Source: Nitrospirota bacterium (GTDB taxonomy: Bacteria > Nitrospirota > UBA9217). From it: DNA of 64,000 bases. Below, in pieces: positions 30,701 to 42,100 of this stretch. The stretch lies in the NCBI GenBank assembly GCA_963818475.1, contig CAWFSF010000005.1, positions 608,001-672,000 on the forward strand, read 5' to 3'. The position numbers were made by a program, and so were the translations under genes. Below the pieces are notes generated by a model, which was not told the origin of the DNA, did not search any database, and saw nothing but the letters and a program-made list of their open reading frames with translations. Each line of letters begins with the position of its first letter. The first letter of the stretch is position 1.

Positions 30701-33700
30701 CTAATTAGTGATCGTCACCGTTGCCCGAGCTTCACCAATCGCACCACTGACAGGATTAGTAGCACGAATCAGCACAGTATTAACGCCAGAGTACCGCGTC
30801 GATATTCTTTTTTCTGTCGTGTCTGTCGCATCAAGCATATTCCAGATAACATCGTGATAACCAGCTGCTTGAAGTTCATCATCCACCACAGTAACTGCAG
30901 AACCACTCTGCGGTGATACCGTAATCGTTACTCTTGCCTCACGAGAGAGGTTATACTGAAGGTGTGTTAATTGTCCATAAATGGGGTCTAGAGCGTAAGG
31001 ATCCGTTTTAGCTTGAAGTATTTTCGGGGTGTCTCCTGTTGTAATAATATAGTTCTCACTCATAATTGATGGCATAAAGCAAGCTGCCACACCACATCCA
31101 TTAACAATAGAGCCGTTTGTGTCTCGCACGTCCCAGTCAAAACTATAAGTTCCTGGCGCAAACGCAAGACCACTAATCAAATTATAATTTGCATTTTGCC
31201 CTAAAATATTTAAATAAACCCTTCCAGGCTGATTTAGTGTGTAGGTTACAGTCAGTGGATCGTTTTGCACTGGATTACAGCTGCTATCTTGAGAACATAT
31301 AATCGTCCCTGCGTGATATAGTGGCGCTGGATCGTAAGTTGCACTCGTTTCGCCATCTCCCGCAGATAAAACATATAAATATGCTTCATCCGGAACGATA
31401 TTGCCAAGGCTATCGTGACCATCCCAGGTAAAGGGGTACACTCCACCCGCAGGACAGTTCTTGGTGTCCTGGTAGACCGGCGCACCTGTTGACCCCTTGC
31501 TCTCGGGAATAATCTTGATGGTAGCTGTAGCGGCCCGGTTCAAGGTAAAGTAGATCGTTGAAGACTCTGACTTTTCCGTATTTATGACATTGTTGCTGAT
31601 ATTAACGGACAAAATTACTATCGCCTCCAGCCTTATCAACGATGAAGCAGGCGTCGTATTCCCCGCGGTGTCTTCTGCAGTGGCCACAAATAAGTTGTCA
31701 CCCGCTGCTAATTTAGTTATTGAGCAGCTCCAGGTCGTCGGCGTCGGATAGGTGACCGGTCCCACTACAGCAGGGGTATCTACCGTGATCTTAATTATCG
31801 CATTAGATTCCATGGTCCCGGTTATCGTCTGACTTGCGGTATATGTCGGGGACGTCACGGGATCCATGCTGAGCATAGGCGGAACCGTATCAACCAGGAA
31901 ACCTGCTTCGGCGAAGCCCAATTTACCGATGCTGTTCACCGCTTCTACTCTTACGGTGTGCGTCCCGGAGGATAAGAGGTCAAGATTGCTTCCGGACACT
32001 TTTGACACGACGGTTCCATCGACTTTGACCATGACGGTGCCGTTGCTTACTGAATAGTTTAAGAGCGGTGCATTTTGGTTCGTTGCTCCCACTGGGGAGA
32101 CGATATATACTGACGGCGCAATTGCGTTATAACCGGCTGTAATTTCCTCATCGGTCAAAGCTCGGTTATAAACAGCGACTTCATCGATGAGACCGTTGAA
32201 ATATTGCCCAGCGCTGCCCAGCGTGCCGATCCGAATCTCACCATTATGTGTATCTACCGTGCCAGTGGGACTCGACTGTACAAACTGGCCGTTCATGAAA
32301 TATTTAACGGTGCCAGCCCCATCATAGGTAAATGCCACCTGGTTCCATGTATTTAGTGCAGCCACTGATCCTGTGGTCTGAGCAGTATTAAACGGCATCA
32401 TTTGCAAATGTAGCCGTCCGGAGGAATTGACATAGAACAGTTCGACGTAGTTGATATTCTGTTCTCCATAAACGAATATCCCGTTATAGCTTTTGTTAAT
32501 GAATGGCTTGACCCAGGCCGTAAACGTCCGTGGGCTGTTACCAATAGGCAAGTTTTTTCCTAATGCGCGATACAAATATTTGACTGATCCATCGAACTGC
32601 GCGGCAGCAGTGCCATCTCTTTTATCGCCATTACCGTTGCTAAATATTGAGCCAACCACCGTCAGGTTATTGCCGTTGCCGGATGCGTCGAGCCCATCCC
32701 CGTCCAGGTGCCAGAACGCGACAAGGCTTCTATTAAGCGTTGCGAACACGGATGTCGTGTTTCCCGCCATGTCTGCAGCCACGGCAGTAACAACATTCGT
32801 CCCGAGCGCCAAACCAGTTATGGTGCAGCTCCACGTTGTTGCCGTTGGATAAGAGACCGGACCGGCTAAGGCGGTGGTGTTTACTGACACCGATATGGTC
32901 GCACCCGTCTCCATTATGCCTGTTACCATATACGTAGTCGAAATGACTGAATTGATCTGATCTATGCTCACAAAAGGCGCGGTTGTATCGACGGTGAAAC
33001 TCACCTCGGCAAAGCCGGGGTTTCCAGCGGTGTCCGTGGCTTCCACGCGGAGCGTATGCGGGCCGTCGAGCAGCGGATCCAACGTAGCCCCGGACACTTT
33101 TTGGACGACTGCTCCGTCCACCATTACAATAACGCTGCCATCGCTCACCGTGTATGAGAGAAGCGGCGTTTTATTATTAGTTGTCCCCGCGGCAGGAGAC
33201 GTAATGATAACTTCGGGTGCGGCCCTATCCAGTGTAATCGTAGCGGCATATGCGCCCGACCAGTTTCCCGCTGCATCCTTGAACATCACCGAGACGGTCT
33301 TAGTCCCGTCTTCCGCCGAGAGCGTCCAGGTCTTTGTTGTCGCATAGGGCTCTGGAACGGACCATGCTGCGTCCTCATTTCTAAACTGCATCTCGGCGAT
33401 ATTGCTCGCATCCAGTGCTGTCAAGCCGAGGGTCACCGTTGCATTGTTTGTGGCAATCGCTCCATCGTTGATCACAATATTCCCTGATGCGATCTGATAC
33501 GGCGTCGTTTCCCTGGAGATTACGCCATTCCCAAGCTGGCCTGACGCGTTATAGCCCCAAGCCCAGAGCGAACCGTTGGATTTTCGCGCTACGGTGTGGT
33601 ATTGACCGTTCGCAATAGACACCCACACATTTTCAACTCCAATCCGGGTCGGTACATGCTTGTCTGTGGCGGTGCCGTCTCCCAGTTGACCATAACAATT

Positions 33701-35953
33701 ATTGCCCCACGCCCAGAGGGATCCGTCTGATTTGAGTGCTGTGGTGTGAAACTGGCCTGCGACAATATGCGTCCACGCGGCATCGGTCCCGATTTGCACC
33801 GGGGCAAGCCTGGTTGTTGTAGTGCCATCGCCCAATTGACCGTTGGCGTTGAGGCCCCACGCCCAGAGCGTGCCATCCGTTTTCAATGCAACTGTATGGG
33901 CCGCGCCGGCGGCGATCACTGACCACGTTGTCTCGCCGCCTATGCGAACAGGGGAAAGTCTCTGAACGTTGGTTCCGTCTCCAAGCCGTCCGCTCGAGTT
34001 GACGCCCCACGCCCAGAGAGACCCGTCTGATTTGAGTGCGATGGTGTGGTAAAGACCAGCTGCAACATGCGTCCATGTTGTATCTGTGCCTATTTGGGCT
34101 GGAGTAGCCCTGTTCGTCGTGGTGCCGTCGCCCAATTGACCGTTGTTGTTCTGCCCCCAGGTCCAGAGTGTCCCGGATTGCAATGCTACGGTATATGCCG
34201 TCCCCGTTGAAACAGCTGACCAGTTGTCGGCAAGCCCTACTTGCATGGGCGAGGTTTTATCAATATTCGTGCCGTCACCCAGCTGTCCATTCGCGTTTTC
34301 ACCCCATGCCCATAGCGTACTGTCCGACTTCAACGCCATTGTGTGTGTGCCCCTTGCCGAGATCACCGCCCAGTTCGCATCGCTCCCGATCTTGACCGGA
34401 ACAGTTCGCTTAGTTCTCGTGCCGTCTCCCAACTGCCCAGAGTCGTTATTTCCCCACGACCACAATGTTCCATCGTTATTTAAAGCTGTGGTATGTGCCC
34501 CCCCTGCTGCGGCCATGGACCAGGAAGTATCAAATCCTATCTGAACAGCAGTAGAGCTATTGGCGCTGGTGGCCTTACCTAACTGCCCGTAGGAATTATC
34601 ACCCCAGACGGATAGGGTGCCGTCGGTTCTTAGGGCGATGGTATGCCAGTTCCCTCCCGAGACCGCAGTCCACGTCATCCCAGTACCTACCTGTACCGGC
34701 GTGCTGCTGTTCGTCGTGGTGCCATTGCCCAGCTGCCCCGCATTATTATACCCCCAGGTCCAGAGGGTGTTGTCTGACTTCAAGGCCGTAGTATAACCAC
34801 TTCCCGCTGCGACGAAGGACCACGTCGTCCCGCTCCCGACCTGCACAGGGAAATATTTGTTTACGTTGCTGCCGTCGCCCAGTTGGCCCGCATTGTTATA
34901 ACCCCATGCCCAGAGGGTGCCATCCGATTTTAGCGCGATACTGTGAGAGCCTCCAGCCGCGATCGAAATCCAGGTGCTGTTGGTCCCGACCTGGACCGGT
35001 GCATTTATTGCTACTGTCGTGCCGTCGCCCAGTTGCCCGGCATTGTTATACCCCCACGCCCACAGTGTCCCGTCCGATTTGAGGGCCAACGTGTGCTGTC
35101 CGCGTGTCGAGATCGCCGACCAATTGGTGTCACTCCCGATTCTGACCGGAGAATTTCGATCAGTAGTCGTGCCGTCGCCCAGCTGCCCTGCATTGTTATA
35201 CCCCCACGCCCACAGCGTCCCGTCCGTCTTCAAGGCGACTGTGTGTGCGCCTCCTGCCGTAATCGCCGCCCAGTTTGCATCGTTTCCGATCTTGACCGGC
35301 GCGGTCCTCTGCGTTGAGGTGCCGTCTCCCAAGCGACCGTTTGCGTTCCCCCCCCACGCCCATAAAGTCCCATCGGATTTCAACGCGATTGTATGTGCGC
35401 CCCCTGGCGAGATTGCCGTCCAATTCATATCGTTCCCGACCTGCACAGGGAAATATTTGTTTACAATGCTGCCATCGCCCAGTTGACCGTTACCATTGCT
35501 TCCCCAAGCCCACAACGACCCATCGGACTTTATAGCCGTGGTATGATACGCGCCGGCGACTATCTTTATATAAACGTTCTCTGTCGGCGGCGTGGCATCA
35601 ACAGTAAACGTGACTTCTGCGAAACCGGTTTCTAAAGATGCATTCGTAGCCTCCACATGGACGGTATGTGGGCCGTCGGGCAGCGCATCAAGATTGTCTC
35701 CTGAGACCTTTGATACAACGGCGCCACCAACTCTGACAATTGCTGTACCGTCACTGACACTGTAAGAGAGCAACGGAGTATTATTGTTCCCGAGGGTTGC
35801 TGTCGGTGAAGTAATTAAAACAGACGGCGGGCTGGCGAATACGTTTGTGGTAAAAACCGGCAGGAGCATCAGGAGAGTGGTCAATATTACCATCACAATT
35901 GACTTCCGCGTGGGACGCGTTACAAAGTCATTTCGCATTCTGAGATCCGTCAT
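30701..35953 (-). CDS. Large secreted protein: 14 RCC1/BLIP-II repeats, Ig-like domains, LamG, C-terminal FlgD-Ig-like domains
   Basis: 14 copies of LWxWG.N..GQLG; FNGLIDEVAVYNRAL; FTWDG.D..G.IV. Confidence 0.85.
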   Translation of the reverse strand: MTDLRMRNDFVTRPTRKSIVMVILTTLLMLLPVFTTNVFASPPSVLITSPTATLGNNNTPLLSYSVSDGTAIVRVGGAVVSKVSGDNLDALPDGPHTVHVEATNASLETGFAEVTFTVDATPPTENVYIKIVAGAYHTTAIKSDGSLWAWGSNGNGQLGDGSIVNKYFPVQVGNDMNWTAISPGGAHTIALKSDGTLWAWGGNANGRLGDGTSTQRTAPVKIGNDANWAAITAGGAHTVALKTDGTLWAWGYNNAGQLGDGTTTDRNSPVRIGSDTNWSAISTRGQHTLALKSDGTLWAWGYNNAGQLGDGTTVAINAPVQVGTNSTWISIAAGGSHSIALKSDGTLWAWGYNNAGQLGDGSNVNKYFPVQVGSGTTWSFVAAGSGYTTALKSDNTLWTWGYNNAGQLGNGTTTNSSTPVQVGTGMTWTAVSGGNWHTIALRTDGTLSVWGDNSYGQLGKATSANSSTAVQIGFDTSWSMAAAGGAHTTALNNDGTLWSWGNNDSGQLGDGTRTKRTVPVKIGSDANWAVISARGTHTMALKSDSTLWAWGENANGQLGDGTNIDKTSPMQVGLADNWSAVSTGTAYTVALQSGTLWTWGQNNNGQLGDGTTTNRATPAQIGTDTTWTHVAAGLYHTIALKSDGSLWAWGVNSSGRLGDGTNVQRLSPVRIGGETTWSVIAAGAAHTVALKTDGTLWAWGLNANGQLGDGTTTTRLAPVQIGTDAAWTHIVAGQFHTTALKSDGSLWAWGNNCYGQLGDGTATDKHVPTRIGVENVWVSIANGQYHTVARKSNGSLWAWGYNASGQLGNGVISRETTPYQIASGNIVINDGAIATNNATVTLGLTALDASNIAEMQFRNEDAAWSVPEPYATTKTWTLSAEDGTKTVSVMFKDAAGNWSGAYAATITLDRAAPEVIITSPAAGTTNNKTPLLSYTVSDGSVIVMVDGAVVQKVSGATLDPLLDGPHTLRVEATDTAGNPGFAEVSFTVDTTAPFVSIDQINSVISTTYMVTGIMETGATISVSVNTTALAGPVSYPTATTWSCTITGLALGTNVVTAVAADMAGNTTSVFATLNRSLVAFWHLDGDGLDASGNGNNLTVVGSIFSNGNGDKRDGTAAAQFDGSVKYLYRALGKNLPIGNSPRTFTAWVKPFINKSYNGIFVYGEQNINYVELFYVNSSGRLHLQMMPFNTAQTTGSVAALNTWNQVAFTYDGAGTVKYFMNGQFVQSSPTGTVDTHNGEIRIGTLGSAGQYFNGLIDEVAVYNRALTDEEITAGYNAIAPSVYIVSPVGATNQNAPLLNYSVSNGTVMVKVDGTVVSKVSGSNLDLLSSGTHTVRVEAVNSIGKLGFAEAGFLVDTVPPMLSMDPVTSPTYTASQTITGTMESNAIIKITVDTPAVVGPVTYPTPTTWSCSITKLAAGDNLFVATAEDTAGNTTPASSLIRLEAIVILSVNISNNVINTEKSESSTIYFTLNRAATATIKIIPESKGSTGAPVYQDTKNCPAGGVYPFTWDGHDSLGNIVPDEAYLYVLSAGDGETSATYDPAPLYHAGTIICSQDSSCNPVQNDPLTVTYTLNQPGRVYLNILGQNANYNLISGLAFAPGTYSFDWDVRDTNGSIVNGCGVAACFMPSIMSENYIITTGDTPKILQAKTDPYALDPIYGQLTHLQYNLSREARVTITVSPQSGSAVTVVDDELQAAGYHDVIWNMLDATDTTEKRISTRYSGVNTVLIRATNPVSGAIGEARATVTITN

Positions 35954-36054
35954 GAAGTCCTCCGGGATATAAAAGCATATTCATTGAACTATTTATTTAG
36001 ATCTTTTACAGTGCGTACAATAAAGCGGAGGCAGTGGAATAATGGGCTTGTAAC

Positions 36055-36345
36055 GCTGTGCCAGGGAGGCACGGTAGGGCGGATATGCAGGAATTCTGAA
36101 TTACGATAGAACTACTTTGATCCCGAATGGTCAGATGGACCGATGCCTTTTCTAGACGATGCGGATAATAATATAACTGCATCTTTCTGTCAATAACAAT
36201 AGTCCATTTACTCGGGGTAATTTCAGGGGATGTGTCAAAGTTGCAACAGATGAGGACTCTAGTGCACAGGAAGGTTACTTAGTGCAACAAGCTGCTCACT
36301 TCTTCGGCAGGTAGGAAATAACAGGTGATAATAACAGGGCTAAGG
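36055..36345 (-). promoter_or_regulatory. Promoter/leader shared with 60370-60665
   Basis: TTGACA -35 at 36188-36193; exact 22-mer TCGGGGTAATTTCAGGGGATGT at 36212-36233 and 60533-60554. Confidence 0.65.
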
Positions 36346-36658
36346 GTGATCGAAAAAATGACTAAAAACCGCCTATTGTTACAAGCCAACGATTCCAGAC
36401 CTCTACGTTCCTGCTTTATACTTCCTTACGGCCATTTGCAACGCTTTGCCCGCATCCCGCTTCAGCCAGAAAACACAAAAGACCGATGCAGCAACCACCA
36501 CAGCAAGACCCTTTTCGCCCCGCTGGATCATCGCGGGACGTCCCACGGCGACGTAGTTGCACCCGTTGCGTGGCGGTTTAGTAGCATCATCATGCCACCG
36601 TCTCCGATCTGATGAGCGCCCGTGTGACGATCGAAGTACACGCCAAGGTTCCGGGCGG

Positions 36659-38113
36659 TCACTGCCTGCTCTTGAAACTCGCCTTCTTCACCGCCATCTC
36701 AACAATGGGGATGGTCGGCACGTGCTTCAGGCCGTAGGTCTTTTCCAGGCTGATGTCCGCAGGCACTTCCTCGAGCAGTTTCATGGCAACCTTCTGATCG
36801 GCCTGGCGGTACCGGAGCTTCACCTCGACCGCCACCATGCCCGGTTTCTTCGTGGGCCCGACACCGAAGTAAAAGTCCTTGTACCCGCGCGGCGGGATCG
36901 TATCGTGGCGCGAGAAGGCGGTCACGGCCCAGGGGTCGATGGCAAAGTGAAGGTCCTTGCCCATGCCCTCGGAGTTCATGACCCGCGTATCGGGAATGAG
37001 GATGCCCGGATTCTGAAGCCCGCCGCTGGCGAGCACCACGCTCCCTGCGGCGTCTTTCGCGATAACTTCGAGCCACATCTCGCGCACATTCGTGAGCGAG
37101 GTCGTCAGATTATGGCCGGCGCGGACGTTCTTGACCCGCACCTTGATCTCCGCGAGCGCGCCTTTTCGGTAGACGGGATAGACCTCGAGCTCGGCCGCTG
37201 CCCTGAGTCGTGCAATGGCGGCATCGAACTTCTTATGGATGTTCACGGCAAGCGGTTCGTCCCCTGCCTTGCGCGCCGCCGCCTCGGCAAGATAGAGCAG
37301 GAGATAGTTGGCGCCGCTGAAGCTGTGGCGGTACTCGGAGCGCTGCGGTCTGGTGAAGGTGTCGGCCGTGCGGATGAAGGTCGCCGTATCGACCATGTGA
37401 CAGTCCTGGCACTGGATCCCCTGCTGGGCGTAGGGGCCGTGCTTCCATTCCAGGTAGGTCGATTCAAGCGGGAAATGGTTGTCGTAATGGTACACCTGGT
37501 GGCATCCGGCGCAGAGGTCCGCCTGCAGATGAAGCGGAGACTCGACGCAGTCGTGGAATCCGCCGCCGCATCCTTCCTCCGGTTTGTTCGGCCCCCGCTT
37601 GATAAGCTTCGCACCCACGCCGGGAGTGAGGATGAAGGAGCCGTTCTCAGGCTCGTGCGTCGGCGTCTGCCAGTGGGTCACCCCGCTGATGGAGTGGCAG
37701 ATGTCGCAGGAGACGCCGGCCAGTGCCAGGGGGCTCAGGCCCGCAAGGCCCGGCCCTTTGATCTCGCCGGTGACCACGCCCGCAGGCGAATGGCAGCCCT
37801 CGCACTGGCGCGTGACCTCATGCCCCACGGCATGAAAGCCCTTGTTCAGCTCTCCCTGGTAGAGGGGGTCCTGGAAGGCCAGGGCATGGACCGATCCTGT
37901 CCATTCTTCGTACTGCTGCGGATGGCATCCCGCGCATACCTCGGGAGCGGTAAAGCCCGCATTCGACTTGTTCCATTTAATAAGCGACGGATAGTAGGGA
38001 TAGAACTCGCGGTCCACAGGGAAATAATCCGTTCCGGCAAAGCCGGGCGCTGCGAGGAACATACCGGCAGCCAGTACACAAAAGCATAGAGCGATAATGC
38101 CATACTGCTTCAT
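36659..38113 (-). CDS. Periplasmic multiheme cytochrome c (c554-like, 5 CxxCH)
   Basis: CAGCH, CEGCH, CDICH, CAGCH, CQDCH; signal peptide. Confidence 0.85.
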   Translation of the reverse strand: MKQYGIIALCFCVLAAGMFLAAPGFAGTDYFPVDREFYPYYPSLIKWNKSNAGFTAPEVCAGCHPQQYEEWTGSVHALAFQDPLYQGELNKGFHAVGHEVTRQCEGCHSPAGVVTGEIKGPGLAGLSPLALAGVSCDICHSISGVTHWQTPTHEPENGSFILTPGVGAKLIKRGPNKPEEGCGGGFHDCVESPLHLQADLCAGCHQVYHYDNHFPLESTYLEWKHGPYAQQGIQCQDCHMVDTATFIRTADTFTRPQRSEYRHSFSGANYLLLYLAEAAARKAGDEPLAVNIHKKFDAAIARLRAAAELEVYPVYRKGALAEIKVRVKNVRAGHNLTTSLTNVREMWLEVIAKDAAGSVVLASGGLQNPGILIPDTRVMNSEGMGKDLHFAIDPWAVTAFSRHDTIPPRGYKDFYFGVGPTKKPGMVAVEVKLRYRQADQKVAMKLLEEVPADISLEKTYGLKHVPTIPIVEMAVKKASFKSRQ

Positions 38114-38190
38114 ATTGATCTCCTTTATTCCATACTCTGTCTCTGAGCGTCCGGATCAGCAGGCCGCTCCGGGAAGATGCCCGGAGCATA

Positions 38191-38523
38191 CTAGGCCTTC
38201 TGCTTTATTTCCATTCTCAGGAAATAGCTCAACACGGTCCGGACGGCAACGGTCGAGGCCAGGATGCCGACGCGGTCCCAGGTCGGACTGGCCACGGAAC
38301 TGATAATGTCTGCGGCAATAAAGATCTCGAGCCCCAGGAGGAGATGAGCGCCGAGCCGCTGGCGGATTTCCTCGCTCCGGCCGATCGGGTCTTTCGCACC
38401 CCGCGATACTTTCATGACCAGGAAGGCGGCTGCTGCGTCGACGACGCCCCAGAGCACGATGATCGCGCCGGTGATGCTGATGGCCATGATCACGACCTGC
38501 AGAACGCCATGAAGATTCTCCAT
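38191..38523 (-). CDS. DUF1622 membrane protein
   Basis: RQRLG..LLLGLEIFIAADII; VAVRTVLSYFL..E. Confidence 0.85.
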   Translation of the reverse strand: MENLHGVLQVVIMAISITGAIIVLWGVVDAAAAFLVMKVSRGAKDPIGRSEEIRQRLGAHLLLGLEIFIAADIISSVASPTWDRVGILASTVAVRTVLSYFLRMEIKQKA

Positions 38524-38688
38524 GAGCAGCCCCTTTCTCGCGCGGCAAAGCCAACCCCGACTCCGGAAGCGCTCTTGCCTTGCATAATCTTATGCTATGA
38601 GTATATCAGAATGCGGTAAAAATCAAAAACCTCTTTTCTTTTTTAAGAGGGCATTGACAGGCGCAGTACCGCTCATTGTGCGCAGCTC

Positions 38689-39019
38689 CCACCTGTGCTA
38701 TACTGGATTCACTATGAATAGACCGAACCTCGCCGGACTGCCGACTGTCGTGGCAGAAAAGATCGCTCCCATGCTGGATGACCTCCTGGGGCACCAGGCA
38801 GCAGGCATCCACTCGATCCATATCGTCGGCAGCGCCGTGATCTCCGACTACAACGAAAAGCTTTCGGACATCAACTCCGTGGCTTCTATCCCGCGTACAA
38901 GGCCTCGCTCCTGAACCCCATTGATGCGCTGCGGTATGAGTAACGTTTACACTTGTGTGCTAACCTGCTGCCGGGCATCAATAAAAAAGCGGAGCACCCT
39001 CTAAGGGCACTCCGCTTTT
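38689..39019 (+). pseudogene. Deletion-collapsed copy of the 45331-57777 operon (first gene start fused to last gene end plus terminator)
   Basis: 38689-38882 matches 45331-45524; 38881-39019 resembles 57662-57777. Confidence 0.85.
38983..39019. terminator. Bidirectional intrinsic terminator
   Basis: AAAAAAGCGGAG...CTCCGCTTTT. Confidence 0.7.
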
Positions 39020-39142
39020 CTGTTTTTTCCTACTGGAATCGCTCCCGCTTAATACTGCAGCTCTTGCCCTCAACACAACTGCTTTAGCGGGCCTCCGGTT
39101 GTTGAACCGCGTTAGAAGAAACCAGTCAAACGCATGCCAGTA

Positions 39143-42100
39143 TCAGGGTGTGACAACGTCCGTCAACCACCGGGCGGCCTCGAATGATGCCTCACTCCCC
39201 ACGTTTCGCACGTAGACCCGGATGCTGTAAGTCCCGGCGTTCGTTGGAGTATAGGGGAAGGTGTTCGACGGCCCGTAAGGCTGGATCACGGTCATCACTC
39301 CGCTTACCGGGTCCTTCACGGCAAACTGGTACTCCTTGCTCTCTCCACCATCCGTTGCGGTAGCCGTGAAGGTCACCGGCGTGTTTACCAGCCGTGGGCT
39401 AAGAGGGCTGGCGGATAGAGTCGCTCTCGTAACAGGAGCGCTCGCAAGAACATTGTCGGTTAACCACTGTACCGCCTCGTATACTGCGGCGCTCCCTTCG
39501 TTCCGCACGTAAACCCGGATGCTGTAGGTACCAGCGTCCGTCGGGGTATAGGGGAATGTGTTCGAAGGCCCGTAGGGCTGGAGCACGGTCATCACTCCGC
39601 TTGCCGGGTCCTTCACGGCAAACTGGTACTCCTTACTCGTGCCACCGCCGGTCGCCGTTGCTGTGAACGTCACCGGCGTGTTCACCAACCGCGGGCCTGC
39701 AGGGCTCGCGGCCAGGGTCACGCTTGTGACCGGAGAGCTCGTAACAACATTGTCGGTGAACCACTGTACCGCCTCGTATGACGCCGGGCTCCCCACGTTC
39801 CGCGCATAGACCCGGATGGTGTACATCCCCGCAGCCGTCGGGGTATAGGGGAAGGTGTTCGACGGCCCGTAAGGCTGGATCACGGTCATCACTCCGCTTA
39901 CCGGGTCCTTCACCGCGAACTGGTACTCCTTGCTCTCTCCACCACCGGTGGCCGTAGCTGTGAAGGTCGCCGGCGTGTTCACCAGCCGCGGGCCTGCAGG
40001 GCTCGCGGCCAGGGTCACGGTTGTGACCGGAGAGCTCGTAACAGCACTATCGGTGAACCACCGCGCCGCCTCATATGAGACCGGGCTCCCTACGTTCCGA
40101 ACGTAAACACGGATGGTATACGTCCCCGCAGCCGTCGGGGTATAGGGGAAGGTGTTCGAAGGCCCATACTGCTGGAGCACGGTCATCACTCCGCTTACCG
40201 GGTCCTTCACGGCAAACTGGTACTCCTTGCTCGTTTCACCGCCGGTCGCCGTTGCTGTGAACGTCACCGGCGTGTTCACCAGCCGCGGGCTCGCGGGACT
40301 GGCCGTGAGCGTTACCGATGAGACAGGGACCAAAGTCGTAACGTTGAAAACAGCTGAGACGCTGCCGATTGTGAGGGACGCCGTGGTCGTGGTCGAGTAA
40401 TTTTGAGACGATGTCTGACGGACTCGCACGCTGTACCCATTGTTCACGGTCCCCGTAGCACTGGTCCATATTCCGCTGCCATTGACCTCGTACTCGCCGC
40501 CGGCAATCGAGATCGCGACAGCGCTGTTGATGCCGGTCACGGTTATGGTATTCGACATGACCTGCGTGTTCACTGCGATGCTGGTTTGAGCGATAAAGCT
40601 GAAGGAATCCGGCATTGTATCGTATGCAACAATCTTTCGGATACGGCTGTTACTCATGTCGGCAATATAAACATTTCCTGTACTGTCAAAAGCAACACCA
40701 GAAGGATTGTTGATGTTTGCCGCAGTGGCAGGGCCGTAGTCACCTGCAAAACCGAAGGTTCCGCTTCCTGCTATCGTAGTGATTAATCCGGTTATTGCAT
40801 CTACCTTCCGGATACGGTGATTATAAGTATCAGCAATATATATATCCCCGCTGATAGTTACGCTCACCCCAAACGGCATATAAATTGCGGCGGACGTGGC
40901 AGCAACATTGTCACCGGAATATCCGGATGCTCCATTTCCCGCCACAGTCGTTATCACTCCTGTCGTTGCATCTACCTTCCTGATACGGTTATCATTTGTG
41001 TCCGCAATATAAATATTCCCTGAACCATCTACCGCTAGTCCACGCGGACTAGCAAGGCCTGTTGACGTAGCAGAGCCATTATCTCCAAAATAACCGTAAG
41101 CTCCACTACCAGCTACTGCAGTGATCACACCTGTTGTTACGTTTACTTTTCGAATACGGTAGTTATTGGTGTCCGCGATATAGATATTGCCTGCACTATC
41201 AAGGGCAATTCCTCGGGGAGCGCTGAGCCACGCTGACGTAGCCGGCAAATTGTTTCCGTAATATCCGGACGATCCAGTTCCCGCCACGGTCGTGATCACT
41301 CCTGTTGTAGCATCGACCTTCCGAACACGATTGTTATTTGTGTCCGCAATATAAATATTTCCGTGACTGTCGACCGCTACGCCAGCATACTCGCCGTCAG
41401 TGATCGTTACAGGTGCAGCGGCCTCCAGGCCGGACACCGTAATGCTATTCGAGGTAATCAATGTATCGACTGTCACGTTCGTCTGGCCCGCAAAGGCGAA
41501 TGGATCGGGTATGGTATCAGGCACGAGGGTGGTGACGCTGAAGGTGTCGGACACGCCTCCGATGGTAAGTGTCGTATCGGTCCTTGTACCGCCAACGGGA
41601 GACGAGACCTGGCGCACACGAAGCACATCGTTATACACAACCGTCCCGCTCGCGCTCGACCAGACTCCACTCCCGTTGACCTCATACTCTCCATTGGTGA
41701 TGGCAACTGACGTCGGCATGCTAATGCCGGTTACAATAATGCTGTTTGAGGTGATCAGTGTGCTCAACATCACGTTCGTCTGGTCGATAAAGACGAACTG
41801 GTCATCTGGCACGAAGGTCGTGATACTGAAGGTGTCGGACACTCCTCCTATGGTGACGGCCGTGTCAGTCCTCGTCCCATCGAGCGGCGAAGAGACCTGG
41901 CGCACACGAACCGTGTCGTTATTCGCAACAGTCCCGCTCGCGCTCGACCACATGCCGTTTCCGTTTATCTCATATTCCCCGCCAGATATATATATCGTGG
42001 CCGGCGCTTCGATGCCGACGACGATGATGCTGTTCGAGGTAACAAGTGTACTCGTAGTAACGCCTACCTGATCAACGAAGGAGAACGGATAGGGGGTAGT

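Noticed and set aside
33500-35560. Regular DNA repeats of about 150 bp as a possible CRISPR array
   Set aside because: These are in-frame RCC1 coding repeats with no unique spacers and no cas genes
39143-40330. 297-bp near-identical repeats as a possible DGR template/variable pair
   Set aside because: They are tandem protein domains, no reverse transcriptase is present, and the differences are not obviously adenine-specific
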